Assembly (NCBI RefSeq): GCF_032444005.1
Contig: NC_091282.1
Coordinates: 519,250,001 to 519,314,000, forward strand
Direction: 5' to 3'
From: Ranitomeya imitator
Taxonomy: Eukaryota
Length of the DNA: 64,000 bases
The translations under genes were made by a program, and so were the position numbers. Each line of letters opens with the position of its first letter. The stretch's first letter is position 1. Under the pieces are notes generated by a model. The model did no database searches, was not told the origin of the DNA, and saw only the letters and a program-made list of their open reading frames with translations. Positions 49,681 through 63,062 of this stretch are shown here, piece after piece.

Positions 49681-51580
49681 TCACTTAGTGGACAGAGGAC
49701 CCTCCCCATACATTTATCATCAATCCCATCCTTAAGGCCACAGGCACATGTTGAGTGCCTGAGTTTCACCCCAGCATATTTTAGATGGCCATTGTTTCGT
49801 AGATCAGTGTCAGAGCATTGCTGCTAGTTCAGAACTATATGTAGGATACTTGGTGGAAATGTGCCATCAAATGTGTTGGTTCTTTTACTTTGAGCACATC
49901 TTGAACCCCTTTTTTGAGTTCTTCGGTCATGGATATGTGGATTTTCTAGGCATAATTTTGGATTTAATGAAATTAAAGGCTGATGGATTCTCCATTTGCA
50001 GTCACTGACGATCTCCATAGATGCCAGATTCATGTTTTGATGGGACCTGCCAACAGTTGGAGATAAAGGCTTATAAGGCGTGCAGGTTTACAGGGCACGA
50101 TTGGATAATTTCTGTGCAGTATTAGGATCCAATAAGCAATAATGTATGCTTTTAGCATAGTAGTATTTGGTAACCTACCAGGAGACTAGGCCTAGGAGTA
50201 ACACAGGCGTCCCGGCAGTGACTAAGGCAGCATTGTGTGTAGGGCGCAGGCATGTAGCTACTGGGTGGGTATGTTAGTTTGACATAAGGATTTGGTGCGC
50301 CATCACAAATCTGTCTTTCAGCACTCCAATTATCCTCCTGATGAAAACGGATTATGTGCTGCGTTTGTGCTTCTCTCTGTCCTGTTGGGGGAGCTGGAGA
50401 AGAGGTGACAATACCAGACTGTAGGAACAGTGCAGGTACTGGTATGTGGAGTCCATGTTTGGGGATTGTGCGCCTGTAGCAGGCGGGTGGATGTTCCTTT
50501 ACAAGCCTTACCTGCTAATTCTACACATTACTCACGGATTAACTTTAAGTGTTTTGTAATAAGAACAAACCATTTTCTGCATGCAGAACACCCACTCTAA
50601 ATCTTTTATGTGAGTAAGCGCACATACTCGTACTGTTAGTGAGCGTCCTATGGTTGTCTGACTAGAAAAGAAAGTATTGCTAATATCTTAGGAATTCAAT
50701 AAATGGATTGTACGCTCCTCCTGGGGGGGTCCAGAAAGGTTTGGGGAACGTGCACTCCGAGTGCCATAAGGAGAATAAAGAGCAGTGTGAAAAAAATGAC
50801 CTTTTTTCATTAAAACTTTACCAAAAATGTAAATGTATCCACTACGGTGTGTCCCACTTTTGTGTGGAAAATATAGTGGTTTCTTTTGTGTTTTTTTTTT
50901 TTTTAGATTTCCATCCTTTGTGTCAAGGATGATACAAAGGAGTTGGGCAAAAAGTTGGGTGTCATGTAAAAACTCTTCACGAGACAAGTGTGAGATGGTG
51001 GTATAGACCCTGCCCGGAGGGAAATGACCACTGAAAGGGAATCTGTTAGCAGGTTATTGCCATGGAATCTGCTAGCACCATAATATAGGAGCAGAGATCC
51101 TGATTACAGGGATGTCACTTACTGGGATGTGTTTTGCTGTTTCAATACAACCAGTGCTTTATCAGCAGGAGATTATCATTACAGGACAACATGGAACGTG
51201 CAGGTTAGTCCAATCACATCAGCGGCACCGATTGGCTGCTCTGTCACTATACAGGTCCTTCTCAAAAAATTAGCATATAGTGTTAAATTTCATTATTTAC
51301 CATAATGTAATGATTACAATTAAACTTTCATATATTATAGATTCATTATCCACCAACTGAAATTTGTCAGGTCTTTTATTGTTTTAATACTGATGATTTT
51401 GGCATACAACTCCTGATAACCCAAAAAACCTGTCTCAATAAATTAGCATATCAAGAAAAGGTTCTCTAAACGACCTATTACCCTAATCTTCTGAATCAAC
51501 TAATTAACTCTAAACACATGCAAAAGATACCTGAGGCTTTTATAAACTCCCTGCCTGGTTCATTACTCAAAACCCCCATC

Positions 51581-53280
51581 ATGGGTAAAGGTACCGTCAC
51601 ACATAGCGACGCTGCAGCGATACCGACAACGATCCGGATCGCTGCAGCGTCGCTGTTTGGTCGCTGGAGAGCTGTCATACAGACAGCTCTCCAGCGACCA
51701 ACGATCCCGAGGTCCCCGGTAACCAGGGTAAACATCGGGTAACTAAGCGCAGGGCCGCGCTTAGTAACCCGATGTTTACCCTGGTTACCATCCTAAAAAG
51801 TAAAAAAACAAACGCTACATACTTACCTACCGCTGTCTGTCCTCGGCGCTCTGCTTCTCTGGTCTGGCTGTGAGCGCCAGGCAGCCAGAAAGCAGAGCGG
51901 TGACGTCACCGCTCTGCTTTCCGGCTGACCGACGCTCACAGCCAGAGCAGGAGGAGAGCAGAGCACAGCGCTGGAGGACAGACAGCGGTAGGTAAGTATG
52001 TAGTGTTTGTTTTTTTACTTTTAGGATGGTAACCAGGGTAAACATCGGGTTACTAAGCGCGGCCCTGCGCTTAGTTACCCGATGTTTACCCTGGTTACCA
52101 GCGAAGACATCGCTGAATCGGTGTCACACACGCCGATTCAGCGATGTCTACGGGGAGTCCAGCGACGAAACAAAGTTCTGGACTTTCTTCCCCGACCAGC
52201 GATCTCCCAGCAGGGGCCTGATCGCTGCTGCCTGTCACACTGGACGATATCGCTAGCGAGGACGCTGCAACGTCACGGATCGCTAGCGATATCGTCTAGT
52301 GTGACAGTACCTTAAGACTAGCGACCTGACAGATGTCAAGAAGGCCATCATTGACACCCTCAAGCAAGAGGGTGAGACCCAGAAAGAAATTTCTCAACAA
52401 ATAGGCTGTTCCCAGAGTGCTGTATCAAGGCACCTCAATGGTAAGTCTGTTGGAAGGAAACAATGTGGCAGAAAACGCTGTACAACGAGAAGAGGAGACC
52501 GGACCCTGAGGAAGATTGTGGAGAAGGACCGATTCCAGACCTTGGGGAACCTGAGGAAGCAGTGGACTGAGTCTGGTGTGGAAACATCCAGAGCCACCGT
52601 GCACAGGCGTGTGCAGGAAATGGGCTACAGGTGCCGCATTCCCCAGGTAAAGCCACTTTTGAGCTACAGAGAAGCAGCACTGGACTGTTGCTAAGTGGTC
52701 CCAAGTACTTTTTTCTGATGAAAGCAAATTTTGCATGTCATTCGGAAATCAAGGTGCCAGAGTCTGGAGGAAGACTGGGGAGAAGGAAATGCCAAAATGC
52801 CTGAAGTCCAGTGTCAAGTACCCACAGTCAGTGATGGTGTGGGGTGCCATGTCAGCTGCTGGTGTTGGTCCACTGTGTTTCATCAAGGGCAGGGTCAATG
52901 CAGCTAGCTATCAGGAGATTTTGGAGCACTTCATGCTTCCATCGGCTGAAATGCTTTATGGAGATGAAGATTTCATTTTTCAGCACGACCTGGCACCTGC
53001 TCACAGTGCCAAAACCACTGGTAAATGGTTTACTGACCATGGTATTACTGTGCTCAATTGGCCTGCCAACTCTCCTGACCTGAACCCCATAGAGAATCTG
53101 TGGGATATTGTGAAGAGAAAGTTGAGAGACGCAAGACCCAACACTCTGGATGAGCTTAAGGCCGCTATTGAAGCATCCTGGGCCTCCATAACATCTCAGC
53201 AGTGTCACAGGCTGATTGCCTCCATGCCACGCCGCATTGAAGCAGTCATTTCTGCCAAAGGATTCCCGACCAAGTATTGA
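51581..53280 (+). pseudogene. Tc1 DD34E transposase pseudogene
   Basis: ATG GGT AAG is split by the MITE, then reads TSDLTDVKKAIIDTLKQEG.... The frame shifts near 52660, then FSDESKF, FQHDLAPAH, SPDLNPIENLW and AKGFPTKY*. Confidence 0.92.
51589..52312. mobile_element. Harbinger-type MITE, family B
   Basis: TAA|AGGTACCGTCACAC ... GTGTGACAGTACCT|TAA. Confidence 0.92.
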
Positions 53281-56200
53281 GTGCATAACTGAACTTTATT
53301 ATTTGTTGGTTTTTTTGTTTGTTATTAAAAAACACTTTTATTTGATTGGATGGGTGAAATATGCTAATTTATTGAGACAGGTTTTTTGGGTTATCAGGAG
53401 TTGTATGCCAAAATCATCAGTATTAAAACAATAAAAGACCTGACAAATTTCAGTTGGTGGATAATGAATCTATAATATATGAAAGTTTAATTGTAATCAT
53501 TACATTATGGTAAATAATGAAATTTAACACTATATGCTAATTTTTTGAGAAGGACCTGTACAGTGTACACAGAAAGCTGTGGTGTGGGCGAAGATGTACA
53601 GGGAGCAGCAACTGAGCTCTGCTGAATCTGCAGCCGACAAAACTGTGACTCTATCATAACTGCTGCACATAGTACGCTAAGAGACACATCACTGGAATCA
53701 GGGTCTTTGTTCCTACCTAATGGTGCAGGTAGATTCCATAGCAAAATCCTGCTGACAGATTCCCTGGACATCTGACTGGTTTCTCTGGGCAACACTGGGG
53801 GTTTCATAGATCAAGGCCATGACTTGTGCTGTTACCTTAGCACAGTGATGTCTTTTATATGCAGTTTATCCTTGTGTATACTGAATACAAATGTTTTTCG
53901 TTTGCATCCTGTTTTCTGTAATCTGACACACAACCCGAGTGTGTCTGGTTAACCCCCTCCGGTCTTGGATCAGTAAATACATAAGGCTCATGTGGTGCAT
54001 TGTATGCTGGTGATCCCCCTAAATCTGACTAGGAAGCCCCGAGGAAAGGGCTGGTAACTTGACGTCTAGATGTTATTGAGGAGGAGCGGATTGCCGCCAG
54101 CATTGGTCCTGTAACTCACCTGAGAAAAATCCCGACCTCTCCGCACGTTGCTCCAGCTGTTACAGCCTAAAGAAACCAAATGGAGTCGGATTTGCATCTG
54201 CAGTATATTCTCTTTTCCGTTCCAATCACAGAACCTCATTCCTGCGTTCAGTGGCCCCTACAAACCGGAATTTGGGCATATTCGCCGACAGGGTCGCTGC
54301 CTATAATGATGCAGATGGACAACGTCATAAGCCAACAACACAGTCGGAACAGTCCTGAGTAGGAGCGTTGGTACATACTTATTAATAGTTGGAAACGACT
54401 AACAGCCTCATATCCACAGTGTTCAAATCAGACCTTTTAAAATGGCCACAGGCTTTAGCATGTAAAATTAGCAGCAGGCGCTGATGCTTACATAATGTGA
54501 TTTGCAGCTGCTGTGGCCCGGAAAAGAATGAAGCAAAGATGTGGTCAATGAACATTTGCTGCTCAGGGTCATTTTTTTTAAAATAAATAATTGCCTGTTC
54601 CTTGTTCAGAATCAGGGGGAAAGTAACCCACCTATGGCCAGCTTGTTAGCAGAAGGCAGTATGGTCCTCCCCTGTCGGTGACAACCGTCTGGCGTACTCG
54701 CCAGCAGCTGCACCACCACGGATTGGACGTTGGTGACCTGAAACAGGGCCTCCACGATCACCACTAACATGAGGGTCTTGGGTCTTATTTCAGGGGGCTT
54801 TTCTCATCAGTATTGTTACCTTCTATAGCAGATCTCTCAAAATGAGGTAACGTGGTGGAAGTGGAGGGTGCATCGGTTGTATTTGCTTGGCTCAGGGGTC
54901 TTGCTTGTGAAGCAGTACGACTGTTGGGTTTCTGTCGCCACTTATTACCTCTAAATCCTGGATTGACGGGGTATAAAGCCGCGGGAAGCCTTTTGCGATG
55001 ACGACGGTTGTTGGGCAAAATAGTGTAAGAAATTTGGTATAGTGCCCCTTTCTGTAACTCCGATTTCTATAAAAGTACTGCAATTTCTTGATGGTATCTC
55101 CCTTTCCCATACCGGTCCTCAATGGAATTATTTTTTATTACAGATTTTAATACTGGATCCTATGTTGGTAGAGTATGAAAATGTGACCTGAAAATGTTCA
55201 AGAAAATGTGCTCATCTGTTACTTAGTATAACACCTACGCTTAAAATGTGTTTTAAGACCTGTTATTACTGTCCTGAGGTTACTATTCACATCAGACAAA
55301 CAATGATGTGCACATACAACAACCCTTTAATTTTCACACTTTTCCATGACTGGCCTCCGCTCAAATGTTTGCACTTTAATAGTTTGTTTTTGACCTTATG
55401 GGAAATGAGGCCTAGTTACTTGGTGTTCCTTGGTGTACACATTAAAATCCGCCTTGTGGTTTTGAAGGGATTCTTCGAGTTGGTGCATCTAGTTAGACTT
55501 AATACGACGTATTCTCTTGTAATATCTTCTGCAGCAGTTTGCCTCCCAAAAGCCGATTCTGGAGAAGGCACTTTCATTTCAGTTTGTGGAGTAGGAAACG
55601 GTATATTGGTGCACAACCATATAAATGGGGTTTCAGTACTGTTTCTGAACCTTGGAGCTCAATTCATCCACATTTTTTTTATTTTTTTATTTCAAATTCA
55701 CACTTTCCCTTTTTTAAATTCCAATGTTCGCCAACATTTACTTTTTTTAATAAAATGACGCACTTAGTCCTCAACTACGACATCACAAATATCCCTGGAA
55801 TTTTATTTCAGGCAGGGACTGGTGTGAGATCTAGCAAAAAAGAATCACAACAACAAAAAAAGAAACAATACTTGGTTAACGTTTTTGAATATAAAAAAAA
55901 AAAAGCAGCAAAGCCATCCTACCACTCCACGGTGACCGTAATTGGGACAGTCTTAACTCCAACATTAAAAACCTTCCTGTTTTTCAAGTGTAGTGATAGG
56001 ATGACTTTTGCATTTTTTTTTTTTAGCAAAAAATGTAAGTACCATATAAGCATTTAATCATAGTTTGTCTTAGTTTTTTTTGCTGTTCAGTGGCTAGTGT
56101 GAACGTGCGCTTACATGCTGCATGCACACCAGTTTATATCCCAGTTCACACTTTTTTTTTTTTGTCTGTTTGCACTAGTGTGGCCTGCCTTTCATTTGAG

Positions 56201-58029
56201 CTGGGCATTATATTGATGTGGTCTCCCCTTGGCTGTGTCCACTAATTGGGCTCAGTCCTTCTCAGCCCTTATCCACATGCATGTCACTTGACAAACGGGA
56301 AAGTTTTTAATATTGGAGTTTGGACTGTCCTAATTATGGTCACCGTTGAGTGGTAGGCTGGCTTTTGCATTTTTTTTTTAATTACTATGCTGTTTATTTA
56401 CTGCACAGTGTTCAATCATTGTTTCTGTCTTTGGGTTTTTCTGTTCAGTGACTAGTGTGAATTTACACATTCATACCAGTTTATATTGCAGTTCATTCCT
56501 TTTGGGGTTTTTTCTGTACTTTGGTAGTGGGGTTATACTGGGCTCAATATTCCAAGAACCGCTAGATCTGCCCAGGGAAAACTGATTCTATCAAAACTTC
56601 TGCACCCAGTATATTAAGTGATACATCACTGGAATCAGGGTCTCTGTCCCTACCTTTTTATGCTTCTTTCAGATTACATTGCAAAAACGTCCTGACTGAA
56701 TCGATTTGAGCATGAAACAGATGATCGGGACTAAATTTATGCTTCATATTTCTGACCGTCTATGTTTGTACTTTTCTTGTCTTTTGATAATTTGACTCCC
56801 TGCTGATGTTGAGAAGATATCCCTTCTAGGGCAGTTAATTGGAAATCTGTCTATTGCAGTGTAAGCATGTGGAGTTTTTGGACTCAGCACGGAGTCTGAG
56901 ACACCATCCATCTGCTGGTGACAAGCCGGCATCACAAAGGGAAGGGATGGTAGTTCAGCTGCAGGGCTTTCACAGATAAACCTAGCCTTTTCTCTGCCGA
57001 GGAATTACTGCTGGCTGCCGCACATTGTTGTCTGTGTACGGTGTGCGATCCCGGTGACAGCTCTTCAGACTCCAGCTTGTGTCTACATCACTGAGTGCTA
57101 GGCAGCGCCAATCCATCCCTGTGCTCACTGTCACAAAATGCTGCTTCTCTTCCACTCTGTGAACGCCATTCGCAAAGCGTGCTCGCCTGCTGTGTAAGGG
57201 ATGGAGGCCTGCACTCCTGCATTATTTACATGGATCCCTTCTAATTTGCTATGACTGGGTCTGCAAGTCACATTTTTGTTATAGAAACTATGGAACAAGT
57301 TTTCCTAAGTCTGTAACATGTATCTGATTCTGTACATAAGACATGGCATACCAGGACAATGAAAAGCATGTTCCCCTCCGAGTGCTCTGCTTAGTATCGG
57401 CATGGCGGGTGTTGTACCAATAGCCTGCTATATTAGCGTCATGGCCTCCTCACACCTTACGGTGGCAATGATTATTATTACCGCCAGCCGGCTTGGTGCT
57501 CATGTCCAAACGGTTCCATAGATGGTCTTACTGTATGACTTACCTTTTTAGAAGAGATTAATAAGAACTGTGACCAAGTTTGTTTGGTAAGAATGGTCCA
57601 ATGGGAAATTGAGAAAAGAGGCCGAGATCCTTCTAATTGTACGTCGCAGTCATTTTGTTATCTACTGAAACGTTTCATATAGTTTCAGGTCATTGCTTGC
57701 AGCGGTTTTCTGGTACTTTGATATTAGTCCTTCGGAATGAGCGGTGGTCCAACTTTGGACACCCCCATAATAAGCTGATGCATGGAGCCCCGCATCCCCT
57801 TAATTATTTAGTAGGCACAGCTCTGTACACTGTATGTCAAAATTGTAGCCTATGGGAGTGGAGACGCGTGCATATTCATTACCTTAATGAGCGGTACCAC
57901 GTGACCGCTCAGCACAGGAAGAGCCCCCAGGATGGAGATGCAGCAACGGCGCGTGGAGGGGGAGTATGATGTCTTCTGTTAGCAGGCTCCTGCCGCTGCT
58001 CCCCTACCCCCCCCCCCCTTTCCCCCACC

Positions 58030-58134
58030 TGCTTTCTGGAAAATGACTCTTGTATAAGTCGAGGGGGGGGTGGGGGGTGTTTTCAGCACAAATAATGTGC
58101 TGAAAAATCTCGGCTTATGCACGAGTATATACGG
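58030..58134. mobile_element. Right end of a Tc1/pogo-type non-autonomous element
   Basis: CTCGGCTTATGCACGAGTATATACGG resembles the CGGCTTATACTCGAGTATATACGG terminus. Confidence 0.5.
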
Positions 58135-58275
58135 CATAAGACTAGGTTCAGTGATCTTAATTAGAAGCACCACTCCAAAAATGAAAAAAACACTGGAGGG
58201 GTGCTTTATAGATGACCTATCGCCTAGACAAGTGTCCAGTGCTTGCTCCTATTTTAGTCCCACTGCTCACCTTAA

Positions 58276-58645
58276 GGGTATGTGCACACGTCAGGATTTC
58301 TTGCAGAAATTTTCCTGACAAAAAACTGACATTTCTGCCAGAAATCCGCATGCGTTTTTACCGCGATTTTGACGCGTTTTTGACGCGTTTTGTGCGTTTT
58401 TTCCCCAAATGCATAGAATTGCGGGAAAAATGCAGAAAATCTGCAAAAATAATGAACATGCTCTTTTTTTACCGCAATGTGTTTTTTTCGTGGAAAAAAA
58501 AACGCATCCATATGCACATAACATGCAGAATGCATTCTAAATGATAGAATGCATAATGTATGCGTTTTTAATGAGTTTTTATAGCGTTTTTACCGTGAAA
58601 AACCGCGAAAAAGACTCGAAAAAACCTGAACATGTGCACATAGCC
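58276..58645. mobile_element. Harbinger-type MITE, same family as 5714-6063
   Basis: GGGTATGTGCACAC ... ATGTGCACATAGCC; flanks TAA / TTA. Confidence 0.8.
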
Positions 58646-59773
58646 TTAGTATTCCATGTTTGTGTTTTTTTTTTTTGTTTTGTTTTTTTTTCCTTCTAAA
58701 TCTGCCATACACTTCTAGCAATATGCGCCTTTTTATTGGCTGATAATTTCTATGGTTTTATGCTTTTTACAAGGTGGCATTGCTCATATGATCCTCTGGG
58801 GCATGGATTAATAGGCTGCATGCCCCCTTGCTACAGACCATAAAGATAAGCACTAAATAAATAGACCCTCATCACTGGAACCTTATGGAGGATTTAACCA
58901 AAAAAAGGTGGGAATAAAAGAGCAAAAACTGTTCACTTTTGGCTTGGTGACTGGAACTCATTAAGTCCATGTTCACATGCAGAGTTTTTAAACAGTGTTT
59001 TTTTTTTTTAAATTAAAACTAAAATCTGCTTTTTATAGTACAAGCTAATACTATGCGATTCCTGCACCCAAAACTGCGTTTTTGTGGCCGTAAAATCAGC
59101 GTGTGAGTGTGAACATGGTCAAAGCAGGCTCCCTATATCCCAATGTACAATGCAGGTATAAAGTAGTTGGTCTGCTATTATATTGCCTGTACAGTCTCCT
59201 GGAATGGTGCAGGTTCCCATTCATAGTGTGTGTCTTTGGGGAAAATAAACATTTATAAGGCAACTCATGGGTCATTGAGCCTAACAAAGGCCTGTTTCCT
59301 CTGGTACTTCTCTGCACTCCAAACCCATAGAAGACACATGAGGCCCTTTATTTACCCTGTAATCTCCTAGTTGTTTTTTTTTTTTTTACTTACCGGTATT
59401 CTTTTGTGTAGTTTTTATTAGCTGAGCAAAGACACTAAAACCAGGCAAACAGGGCTGGAGGAAAGTGTCCTGGCTGTCATCTTGGCTTACTAAGGAGCAC
59501 AAAAGGTGACATTTCGTTGCAATTCTGGGCTCTAAAGTAATGGTGCGAAGTGCCAAGGAGCAGCTATCATGTGCAAATAAGGTTATTGCACGCCACGCTT
59601 TGAAGTTTCCAGTTCTGATGGGAACTAGCTCTGCCTTCTGAGGATGTGGTTTTATCACTTTACAGCGCAATGTGCAGTATTGGGACTAGTGGGCTCCCTC
59701 TGTAGACCCCGCTCTACAAGAGGCCACAGGCACGCTGCCATTACCAGACGTAATCATACCAGTGTTGGCTCTA

Positions 59774-60230
59774 GACTGTGTGCACACGTTTAGGACTTTT
59801 CGCATTTTTTTCGCTATAAAAACGCGATAAAACCGCGAAAAAAATGCATACATTAAGCATCCTATTATTAGAATGCAATCCGCAATTTTTGTGCACATGT
59901 TGCGTTTTTTTTCTTCGGCGGAATTGCATTCCGGAAAAAACCGCAGCATGTTCATTCTTTGTGTGGAATCGCGGGGATTCCGCACACATAGGAATGCATT
60001 GATCCAGTTACTTTTCACATGGGGCTGTGCAGACCATGCGGGAAGTAAGCAGATTGTGTGCGGTTGGTACCCAGGGTGGAGGAGAGGAGACTCTCCTCCA
60101 GGCCCTGGGAACCATATAATTGTTTAAAAAAATAAAATAAAAAATCATGATATTCTCACCTTCCGGCGTCCCTCACAGCGTTCCCACTCGTTGTGATGCT
60201 CCCGTTTCCAGTAATGCCTTGCGAAAACTT
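59774..60230. mobile_element. Truncated Harbinger-type MITE
   Basis: GACTGTGTGCACACG left end; the interior is the inverse of the 58276 family. Confidence 0.6.
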
Positions 60231-61202
60231 TCACCTTGTTGCGCCGCCTTTTGCTGCGATCACAGCTGCAAGTTGCTCAGGGTATGTCTCTATCAGTTTT
60301 GTACATCGAGAGACTGAAAATTTTGCCCATTCTTGACTGCATGTACAATATGACAGGTTCCCTTTTATTTAAACTTTTCTGGATTGTTGATTGGCCAGTG
60401 ACAAAATGAGTTTTTAGTAATCCACTGAATAGCGTCTTTGTTATATATAATTTTGGGCTTTGTCCTTTGATAAATGAGCCAACAAATAGTGAACTGCAGA
60501 AGGTGTGAGGCGACCGTGGAGAAACTAAACTTAGTGATGCAGTATTAAAGTTGGGCTAATGCCTTCAGGAAACATTTAGCCGAAATGAGCAAAGAACTTG
60601 TTTTTTTTTATGTAAGTGATAGTAATACGTTAATAAACTGTCGTTAAAATGACTTCCTTGAATTCTTACCAGTTGTGTGGGTGTGTATTGTTTGCTGAAC
60701 ATGACGAATATTTGTCGAATTAAGTAAGAAGAGACTGATTGTATCATGGATTGTGCGTAGACGACCTATGAAGAATTTTGTCTTCTCTCAGTTTTTCTTA
60801 TAGCTCATCTCTAGCTTTTTTTTTACATCCCTAAATGTTATATAATTGTGCAGAAGAAGACTTTTTTTTGTCTCGTGCCACCTAAAAGTCCTTCATGCTG
60901 TCCTGCAGAAGACTCTATACACCAGGTCACTCTACCGTGAGAACCAGTACTTCCGGAGCTACAGAATTGTGTTAACACTGTGGATGACCTCCTTTGGTTG
61001 TTACGGTGGTTAGTTCTGTGATATGGCTTCCCCAGTGGTCCACAGTGGATGTAGACACCCATGGTCTGGTTGTAAGGTCCTATCTTTTATTCGTTTCCTA
61101 GCTCAATCCTTGTGTTACTATAAAGGACTGTCAGTCTGCTTCAAAGAGTAGAGATGGCGAGACCTAGTGTAATAAGTGTCATTTTCTCACCTCTTCTTCC
61201 AG

Positions 61203-61320
61203 GTTGTAATTGCTGATGACTACTCTGATCCCTTCGATGCCAAGAATGAACAGAAGAACAAAGGAGTGAAAATGGAGAATGGCTACATGGAACCTTATGA
61301 GGCCCAGAGACTGATGACTG
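61203..61320 (+). CDS. shb: SHB coding exon 2 (118 nt)
   Basis: Acceptor TTTTCTCACCTCTTCTTCCAG. It translates VVIADDYSDPFDAKNEQKNKGVKMENGYMEPYEAQRLMT, in phase with exon 1 (human: VTIADDYSDPFDAKND...GYMEPYEAQRIMT). Phase-1 donor GTAAGA. It is absent from the ORF track because it is short. Confidence 0.95.
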
Positions 61321-62582
61321 GTAAGAGGAGATAGAGGCCTGATGTGGCCGCGGACTATTGCCGTCATGTCGTTTTATTGCTTAGAACAAACTGTGAGCCG
61401 TGTTACTGGTTGACATTCACTTACCTTGTCTGTTTTTTTTTTTTTGGTTCATAGTGATCACGCGTCATTCACAGTGATTTAATTTGAACTCAAAATATGA
61501 ATCAAGTAAAAACCTTTATTTGCTCTGTGCATTGGGACGCTTTCTGGAAGAGCGGCCATCTTTGAGAACAGTGTGGATGGAGTTATCCTGCACTACGAGG
61601 GTAGGGACTAGCAGGCTTAGCACCTGGTTCTCTACAGAACGTACTGAGCCGGTGATCACAATGGGCAAAAAACAGATGGCTACATTATTACTCATTAATC
61701 CGCTAGAGGTAGACCAACTCATGTGTCCAAATGTTTGTACTTACAGCAAATTAATCAAGCTTTGGTGCTAGTTTCGATGAGGTCAATTAGTATTTGGCTA
61801 CATTTAGGCAGGCACATTATTCCCAAGTTTATTGATCTGTATTCTAGATGTAACCTTCCAACAGGAGCACGGTACTGATAAACTAAAGTTTAAATGGATT
61901 GTCCAGGGTTTGTCATCAGTATCCAATCCGTGGCCAGTGGACTTTTTACATTTCTATCACAAGTCCTGCAGCTCCGCTTCCAATTTCTTTGTCTACTGGC
62001 TGCTCGCGGTTATTGCGGCTCAATTACTATCTGTGTATGGAGCTATGGTGCCCCTTTAAAGCACTGTATGGCTAGGTGTTCCAGGTTTTCCCATCCAGAA
62101 TAGATGAGCAAAATAAATCTATTTGATCATTTCAAGGCTTAATTCCACGTCTGTTAAGATTCTTGGCATTGGTGGCATGTTCCGTATTGGTCAAAGGTAA
62201 TTTTTAAAGTGAGTTGGACCACAACTAATCACTGGTACGTGCATCTCAAGTCCCAGTTCCTTCTCACTGCAAAACAAAAGTAAGGAGAAGTTTATGAAGT
62301 AATATGGCATGTCTAATTTTTGGGAAAACATGTTTGACATTGAAATTCCCTAAATGCAGCCCAGACCAGAAATACTAATTTCATGATACGTCTTTGCTTT
62401 TAGAAGGAGAAATAAGTCAGAGAATAGACCATCTTTTGAAAATGTTTGCCATGCATTACTTTTTGTATGTGCAATATGGAAAATCTTTACATAACTTATT
62501 ACACAGCAATTCCAGTGTTATAAATTAGTTAGCTTGCATCAATGTATTTTTTTTTCTATCCAATTCCAGCAGATTATTTTTA

Positions 62583-62800
62583 CTCACTTACAAAGCACTT
62601 TAAAGACCTCATCATCGCTGTCCCCAATTGTGCTCACAAACTAAATTCCCTATCTGAAAGTCTTTGGAGTGTGGCAGGAAACCGGAGTACCCGGAGGAAA
62701 CCCACGCAAACATGGGGAGAACATACAGGCTTACTGCACACCTTATGCTTGGGTGGGATTTGAACCCAGGACCCCAGCACTGCAAGATAATACTCCTGAC
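62583..62800 (-). mobile_element. tRNA-derived SINE (V-SINE-like), 5' end cut by a hAT MITE
   Basis: GGAAACCGGAGTACCCGGAGGAAACCCACGCAAACATGGGGAGAACATAC ... GGGATTTGAACCCAGGACCCCAGCACTGCAAG. Confidence 0.85.
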
Positions 62801-63062
62801 TAGTGATGAGCAAATGTGTTCGGATAAGGTGCTATCCGAGCATGCTCGGGTACTTAGAGTGTCTTTGATGTGTTCGATAATAAGTCCCCGTGGCTGCAAG
62901 TCTCGCGGCTGTTTGACATCTGCAACATATGCTGGAATTGCCTAATAAACAGGCAATCCCTGCATGTCTTTGTGTCGTACAGCTACGAGATATGCAGTCG
63001 CAGGGACTCGAACATATTTTCAAACACGATGAAGACACTCAGCCGCCGAGCATGCTATGTCG
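62801..63062. mobile_element. Left part of a hAT MITE (TAGTGATGAGC family)
   Basis: TAGTGATGAGCAAATGTG...GAGCATGCTCGGG. It is interrupted at about 63066 by a GGGTTTGTGTCCAC-ended Harbinger-like MITE that runs to about 63395. Confidence 0.7.

Larger units (their letters stand above)
51252..53558 (+). mobile_element. Tc1/mariner transposon with near-perfect long TIRs and a MITE insertion
   Basis: TA|CAGGTCCTTCTCAAAAAATTAGCATATAGTGTTAAATTTC ... GAAATTTAACACTATATGCTAATTTTTTGAGAAGGACCTG|TA. Confidence 0.95.
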
